From contig CAJFUJ010000005.1 of the NCBI GenBank assembly GCA_904420185.1, positions 4,204 through 68,203 on the forward strand: a stretch of DNA of 64,000 nucleotides. Reading direction: 5' to 3'. Source of the DNA: an uncultured Butyricicoccus sp. (GTDB taxonomy: Bacteria; Bacillota; Clostridia; Oscillospirales; Butyricicoccaceae). Both the position numbers and the translations under genes were made by a program. This document shows, piece after piece, positions 58,992 through 64,000 of this stretch (the stretch's first letter is position 1; every line of letters begins with the position of its first letter). Below the pieces are notes generated by a model, which did no database searches, had not been told where the DNA came from, and saw only the letters and a program-made list of their open reading frames with translations.

Positions 58992-60743
58992 ATGGATATT
59001 TTTGACGTGCTTACACTGTTCGGCGGTCTTGCGCTTTTCCTCTTCGGCATGGGCATCATGGGCGATGGCCTGGAGAAGAGCGCAGGCAACAAGCTGAAAA
59101 CCATTTTGGAGCGCCTGACCTCCAGCCCACTTAAGGGGTTTGTGCTGGGTCTGGCGGTCACCTCGGTCATCCAGTCCTCGTCGGCCACCACGGTCATGGT
59201 TGTCGGCTTTGTCAACTCGGGCGTGATGAGCCTGCGGCAGGCCATCGGCATCATCATGGGCGCCAACGTGGGCACCACGGTCACGGCCTGGATTTTAAGT
59301 CTGTCCGGCATCCAGGGGGACAGCTTTGTCATGCAAATGCTCAAGCCATCGTCGTTCTCGCCCATCCTGGCGGTGATCGGCGTGATCCTGTATATGTTCG
59401 TCAAGAGCAGCAAAAAAAAGGATATCGGCGCCATTTTGCTCGGCTTTGCTGTGCTGATGTTCGGCATGGAAACCATGAGTTCGGCAGTTGAGCCGCTCAA
59501 GGACGTACCGGAGTTTACCAACATCATCCTGATGTTCTCCAACCCGATCTTGGGTGTACTGGCTGGCGCAGTATTAACCGCAATTATTCAGTCTTCTTCG
59601 GCTTCGGTCGGTATTTTGCAGGCGCTTTCGGCTACCGGCAGCATCACCTTTGGCAGCGCCATTCCCATCATCATGGGTCAGAATATCGGTACCTGTGCGA
59701 CCGCATTACTCTCATCCATCGGCACCAACAAAAACGCACGCCGCACGGCCATTGTGCACCTGTATTTTAACATCATTGGTACGGTCGTATTTCTTGCACT
59801 GTTTTATGCGCTCAATTCCATCCTGCATTTTCAATTCCTGGATCAGGCGGTCAATCAGTTCAACATCGCGGTTGTGCACACCTGCTTTAACCTGCTCACC
59901 ACCGCGCTGCTGCTGCCGTTTGCCGGCGTACTCGAGCGGCTGGCCTGCGCCACCATCAAGGACGACCCGGCAACCGAGGACGAGTTTTCCCTGCTCGACG
60001 AGCGCTTGATGGTCACCCCGCCGGTGGCAATTGAGCAGTGCCGCAAGCTGGCAGTCAAGATGGCCGAAAAATCCGAGTCTGCCATCAGCCAGGCCCTGTC
60101 GCTCATCGACCGCTTTGACCCGGAAACCTATGCGGCCGTCTGCGAGGCCGAGTCACAAATCGACGTCTACGAGGACCGCATCGGCACCTACCTGGTCAGC
60201 CTGTCCTCGCGCAGCCTGTCCCAGGCGGACAGCCGTGAGGTTTCCCGCCTGCTGCATTCCATCGGTGACTTTGAGCGCATCAGCGACCATGCGGTGGATG
60301 TGGCCAATTCGGCCCAGGAGATGCACGACAAGCAGATCCATTTTTCCGACGACGCCACTGCCGAGGTCAAGGTTATCTCATCAGCCGTGCGTCAGGTCAT
60401 GCACCTTTCGGTACAGAGCTTCAAGACCGGTGACACTTCGATCGCCGAACAGGTCGAACCGCTTGAGCAAGTGGTTGACCATTTGCGCAGCACGCTCAAA
60501 AACCGCCACATCGCCCGCCTGCAAAATGGCGAATGTACCATTGAGCTGGGCTTCATCTTCACCGACCTGCTCACCGGGTTTGAGCGGGTGTCCGACCACT
60601 GTTCCAACATCGCTGCCTGCATCATCGAACTCAAGCACGGCAGTTATGACACCCACGAGTACCTCAGCCGGCTTAAGAGCGGCCAGGATACCGCCTTTGT
60701 CGAGCAGTATAACGCTTATCTAAAAGAATATGTCCTGCCCTAA
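58992..60743 (+). CDS. Na/Pi cotransporter family protein with PhoU-like C-terminal domains
   Basis: GGLALFLFGM, IQSSSATT, GANVGTT, GQNIGT, DFERISDH and ERVSDHCSNIA. Confidence 0.93.
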   Translation: MDIFDVLTLFGGLALFLFGMGIMGDGLEKSAGNKLKTILERLTSSPLKGFVLGLAVTSVIQSSSATTVMVVGFVNSGVMSLRQAIGIIMGANVGTTVTAWILSLSGIQGDSFVMQMLKPSSFSPILAVIGVILYMFVKSSKKKDIGAILLGFAVLMFGMETMSSAVEPLKDVPEFTNIILMFSNPILGVLAGAVLTAIIQSSSASVGILQALSATGSITFGSAIPIIMGQNIGTCATALLSSIGTNKNARRTAIVHLYFNIIGTVVFLALFYALNSILHFQFLDQAVNQFNIAVVHTCFNLLTTALLLPFAGVLERLACATIKDDPATEDEFSLLDERLMVTPPVAIEQCRKLAVKMAEKSESAISQALSLIDRFDPETYAAVCEAESQIDVYEDRIGTYLVSLSSRSLSQADSREVSRLLHSIGDFERISDHAVDVANSAQEMHDKQIHFSDDATAEVKVISSAVRQVMHLSVQSFKTGDTSIAEQVEPLEQVVDHLRSTLKNRHIARLQNGECTIELGFIFTDLLTGFERVSDHCSNIAACIIELKHGSYDTHEYLSRLKSGQDTAFVEQYNAYLKEYVLP

Positions 60744-60791
60744 GGGTAGGCTCCCGCTCCGGCGCTATCAAAATGCGCCGGGGCTTTTTTC

Positions 60792-60820
60792 GTATAAGTA
60801 CCTTCTGGCTGTGCATATTA
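60792..60820 (+). promoter_or_regulatory. Sporulation sigma factor (SigG-like, possibly SigE) promoter
   Basis: GTATA-N17-CATATTA immediately after the upstream terminator (about 60757-60790) and before the AAAGGAGG RBS. Confidence 0.6.
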
Positions 60821-60841
60821 AGCATAGAAAGGAGGGCTTTT

Positions 60842-61048
60842 ATGACCATCAAAACCGATCCGGCGGCCCGCCGGTGCAACATCTGGGTCAGCTATGGTGA
60901 GCAGGCCGGTTACACACAGTCCCCCGCCTATCGCCAGGCGGTCCGGCAGGCGCACGCCAAGGGGTACCGGGTGTGTGTGTTTGTCGGAGGAGAAGCGCCG
61001 CTGCTGCCCGGCGTAGCCGCCCTGCTCGACCATCAGGGGCTGGGATAA
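60842..61048 (+). CDS. Small hypothetical protein (68 aa) directly coupled to the recombinase gene
   Basis: AAAGGAGG RBS; TAA abuts the recombinase ATG; host-like codon usage. Confidence 0.75.
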   Translation: MTIKTDPAARRCNIWVSYGEQAGYTQSPAYRQAVRQAHAKGYRVCVFVGGEAPLLPGVAALLDHQGLG

Positions 61049-62683
61049 ATGCCACTGTCCATTGCCGGTTACGCGCGCATCTCGGTCGATGAGGAACTCG
61101 GCCAGGATAATACCTCCATCGAAAACCAAAAGGCGATCATCACCGAATTTGTCTCACAGCAATTCCCGGATGCCACACTCACCTTTTTTGAGGATCGCGA
61201 CCGCTCGGGCTATACATTTGCACAGCGCGAGGGCTATCAGGCTTTGCGGGCCGCACTGCGCGCTGGACGGTTTTCGGTGCTCGTGGTCAAGGATTTTTCA
61301 CGGTTTTCGCGCCGCAACTCCCTCGGGCTCTATGAGCTGGAAACCCTGCGGGACGAGGGAATCCGCATCATCTCCATCGGCGACCACGTCGATTACCCCA
61401 CCCGGGACGACTGGCTAAACATCCAGTTCCGGTTCCTGATGAACGAAATGCCGGTCACCGACACCTCCAAAAAGGTGCGGGCCGTGGTCAAGAACCGCCA
61501 GCAAAAGGGCGAGTGGATCTGCGCGGCGCCCTATGGGTACTATCTGGACCCGCTGCGCAAAAACACCGTATGCATCGATGAGGAGGGTGCGCGCGTTGTG
61601 CGGCTGATCTACCAGCTGTACAACGAAGGCTGGGGCTACCGCCGCATTGCCGCCTATCTGACCGAAAAGGGATACCCGACCGGCTTGCAGCTGGCCGCCA
61701 AGCAACTGCGTGCCCGCGGTGCGGATGCCTCCAAGGTCGAACGCCGCGCCAGCCCGGTCTGGAACGCGGGCTCAGTGGCCAAAATTATCGGCAATGACTT
61801 TTACACCGGTACGCTGCGGCAAGGCGTCTGGCAGCGGCCGGGCATCAACAAGACCGACCGGCGCACCGATCCAGCCTCCCACCACGTCTTTCCCGGCCAC
61901 CATGAAGCCATCCTGGACGAGCAGACCTTCCGCACCGCCTGCGAACAGATGCGCCAACGCGCGCGCGTCCCCTACCGCGGCGAGCGCAAATATCCCCATC
62001 CCTATTCAGGGCTGCTGTTCTGCGCCGATTGCGGCAGCCCGATGTTCGGCATCTCCTACGCCCACCGGCCGCCCGCCTATCTGTGCGGGGCTTACCACCG
62101 CCGGGGCCTGAAGGCGTGTACCTCGCACCACATCCGCGAGCGCACCCTGGACGAGAGCATCCGCACCTATATCACTGCAGTGCGCGACAGCATGGCGGAC
62201 GCCTTGGGCCGCTTGGACGCCGAACGCGCCCAGGCCCGCGCCGGGACGCTGTCCGGCCGGCTGCGCAAGCTCGCCTCCGAAGAGGAACAGCTGCACCGCG
62301 CGCTGGAAGCCTCCACCCGCGAACGCATCCGCCAGTTGCTCGCCCATCCCGAACAGGAGGCCACCATCCAGCAGACCTTTGACCGCTTGGAGCGGCAATA
62401 CCACACCGAGCTGGCTGGACTAGCCCAGCAAAAAGCCCTGCTCGAGGGCCAGGCCAAGCAGCAGGCCAGCTTGACACACAATTTGCAGGGCGTGCTGCGC
62501 ACCTTTGCCCATCTGCTGCAAAAGGAGCGGTTCGACCGGCAGGACCTGCGGCTGATGGTCGAGCGCATCGAGGTTGCAGCCGACGGCGCGCTGGTCATCC
62601 ACCTCAAAAGCGACATCACCGGCTTGCTGTCCCTGCTGGAGCAAGCGGCCGGTTCTAATCCCCCTTCCCCCGGCATATCGTAA
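61049..62683 (+). CDS. Large serine recombinase (resolvase, recombinase, Zn-ribbon and coiled-coil domains)
   Basis: Catalytic GYARIS; SIENQ, SG, VKDFSRFSR, APYGY, HEAIL and YSGLLFCADCG...YLC...C. Confidence 0.93.
   Translation: MPLSIAGYARISVDEELGQDNTSIENQKAIITEFVSQQFPDATLTFFEDRDRSGYTFAQREGYQALRAALRAGRFSVLVVKDFSRFSRRNSLGLYELETLRDEGIRIISIGDHVDYPTRDDWLNIQFRFLMNEMPVTDTSKKVRAVVKNRQQKGEWICAAPYGYYLDPLRKNTVCIDEEGARVVRLIYQLYNEGWGYRRIAAYLTEKGYPTGLQLAAKQLRARGADASKVERRASPVWNAGSVAKIIGNDFYTGTLRQGVWQRPGINKTDRRTDPASHHVFPGHHEAILDEQTFRTACEQMRQRARVPYRGERKYPHPYSGLLFCADCGSPMFGISYAHRPPAYLCGAYHRRGLKACTSHHIRERTLDESIRTYITAVRDSMADALGRLDAERAQARAGTLSGRLRKLASEEEQLHRALEASTRERIRQLLAHPEQEATIQQTFDRLERQYHTELAGLAQQKALLEGQAKQQASLTHNLQGVLRTFAHLLQKERFDRQDLRLMVERIEVAADGALVIHLKSDITGLLSLLEQAAGSNPPSPGIS
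62653..62681 (+). promoter_or_regulatory. SigE-like promoter for the deacetylase-ylmC pair
   Basis: TTCTAAT-N14-CATATCGT inside the 3' end of the recombinase gene. Confidence 0.45.
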
Positions 62684-62709
62684 AACAAAACGCTGGAAGG
62701 GGCGGGTAT

Positions 62710-63576
62710 ATGAAAAAGACCCTATTGCAAATGGTGCTCACCTGCTTGACGCTGGGCTGCATCTTTACGGCCAACCAAGCGGTGTTGGAGCACGGCCTGG
62801 AAGCCGCCGAACCGGTCTCTGCCCAAACGTCGGTGACGCTGCCGGTGATTATGTACCACAGCATCCTCAAGGACACCGCGCAGGCGGGCGACTATACCCT
62901 CTCCCCCGACGACCTAGCTGCTGACCTGGATTATTTGCAGGCCCACGGCTATCAGACGGTCACCATCGCCGATCTGGTCCAATACACCGACGGCCTTGCC
63001 GACCTGCCTGAAAAGCCGGTGCTGCTCACCTTTGACGACGGCCATTACAATAACTACCTCTACGCCTACCCGCTGTTACAGGCGCGCGGGATGCAGGCTG
63101 TGCTGTCGGTCATCGGTGAGCAGACCGCCCGCTTCACCGAAAACGGGCAGGAAAACCCCTATTGGTCCTATCTCTCGCTGGAGCGGTTGGGCCAAATGCA
63201 GGATGTCTTTACGCTGCAGAACCATTCCTTTGCGCTGCACACAACCGAACCCCGGCGGGGCTGCGTGCGCATGCGCGGCGAAAGCCTGGAGGATTACCGC
63301 ACCCTGCTCACCCAGGATACCGAACAAACCCAGCGCCTGCTCACCGACGCCGGTCTGCCTGCACCGGTCTGTTATACGTATCCGTTTGGGTTTTACAGCA
63401 GCGAGTCCGAGGAGTTGCTGCGCTCACTGGGCTTTGTCTGCACCATGACCTGTGAGGAACGGCTCAATACCCTGACGCGTGACCCCGATTGTCTGTACCG
63501 GCTGGGACGGTTCAACCGGCCGTCCGGCGTTTCGACCGACGAATTCTTTGCCCGTGTGCTGCCGGGCGCAGCCTGA
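62710..63576 (+). CDS. Polysaccharide deacetylase (CE4) family protein
   Basis: N-terminal signal/anchor; LPVIMYH, LTFDDG, NHS..LH and YPFG. Confidence 0.9.
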   Translation: MKKTLLQMVLTCLTLGCIFTANQAVLEHGLEAAEPVSAQTSVTLPVIMYHSILKDTAQAGDYTLSPDDLAADLDYLQAHGYQTVTIADLVQYTDGLADLPEKPVLLTFDDGHYNNYLYAYPLLQARGMQAVLSVIGEQTARFTENGQENPYWSYLSLERLGQMQDVFTLQNHSFALHTTEPRRGCVRMRGESLEDYRTLLTQDTEQTQRLLTDAGLPAPVCYTYPFGFYSSESEELLRSLGFVCTMTCEERLNTLTRDPDCLYRLGRFNRPSGVSTDEFFARVLPGAA

Positions 63577-63591
63577 AACGGAGGTGAGAGG

Positions 63592-63882
63592 ATGTCGCAA
63601 ACCTGCCGCCTGACCGATTTGCGGTGCAAGGAGGTCATCAACCTGTGCGACGGCGCGCGGTTGGGCTATGTGGTTGACGTGGAAATCGATCCGGTCTGCG
63701 GCCGCATCGTCGCCCTGGTCATACCAGGACGGCGGCGCTTTTTCGGCCTGCTGGGCCGTGGCGAGGATATCATCATCCCCTGGGAGCAGATCGAGAAGCT
63801 GGGGGATGATATCATCCTTGTGCGGTATGACCGTCCGCTGCCCGGGGTACCTCACCACACCTGGCGGTTTTTTGACCGCTAG
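63592..63882 (+). CDS. ylmC: YlmC/YmxH family sporulation protein (PRC barrel)
   Basis: DLRCKEVINLCDGARLG...IIPWEQIEKLGDDIILV. Confidence 0.92.
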   Translation: MSQTCRLTDLRCKEVINLCDGARLGYVVDVEIDPVCGRIVALVIPGRRRFFGLLGRGEDIIIPWEQIEKLGDDIILVRYDRPLPGVPHHTWRFFDR

Positions 63883-63948
63883 GCCGGCTCTCTGCTCCGC
63901 ATTTGCAAAAAATTCGCGCAAATTTTGCTTGAAATACGAAAAAATCCT

Positions 63949-63977
63949 TTGACAAGCACCCTCCCACGTGATAAAAT
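63949..63977 (+). promoter_or_regulatory. SigA promoter for a gene at or beyond the window end
   Basis: TTGACA-N17-TAAAAT with a TG extension. Confidence 0.6.
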
Positions 63978-64000
63978 ATCAGAGCATGAATATTCCACAC

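Noticed and set aside
60842-62683. Prophage or ICE call based on the recombinase
   Set aside because: No phage, relaxase, T4SS or replication genes, no visible compositional shift and no identifiable att repeats.

Overview
A GC-rich chromosomal segment of a spore-forming anaerobic Clostridia-class Firmicute. The gene content and protein sequences look Oscillospiraceae/Butyricicoccaceae-like, which is an inference. Most of the window is housekeeping: pyrK-pyrD, birA, niaR, ugtP-like, comM/yifB, PFOR (nifJ), a Fur/PerR-family regulator, cysE, a his operon (fused hisZG-hisD-hisB-crcB-hisH-hisA-hisF-hisI-hisE plus a Nim-like gene), pyrH-frr-uppS-cdsA-dxr-rseP-ispG-polC, fhs and rodA. It also holds several surface proteins (two SLH proteins, one an M15 peptidase, and a modular M23 peptidase), a partial inositol (iol) cluster with three regulators, and a sporulation-associated right end. 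I found no rRNA, tRNA, CRISPR array, IS or phage genes. The most notable signals are: (1) spoVT lacks its first ~29 codons, and 2.3 kb downstream sits a solitary large serine recombinase with a coupled small ORF behind a SigG/SigE-type promoter, a candidate sporulation-programmed DNA rearrangement system; (2) a dense cluster of 6-7 DnaA boxes with no dnaA nearby; (3) a three-way-junction RNA leader before a BMP-family nucleoside-binding lipoprotein; (4) a natural HisZ-HisG fusion; (5) a repeated palindromic operator in the iol cluster. All calls come from reading the sequence and recognising motifs; no database searches or folding programs were run.
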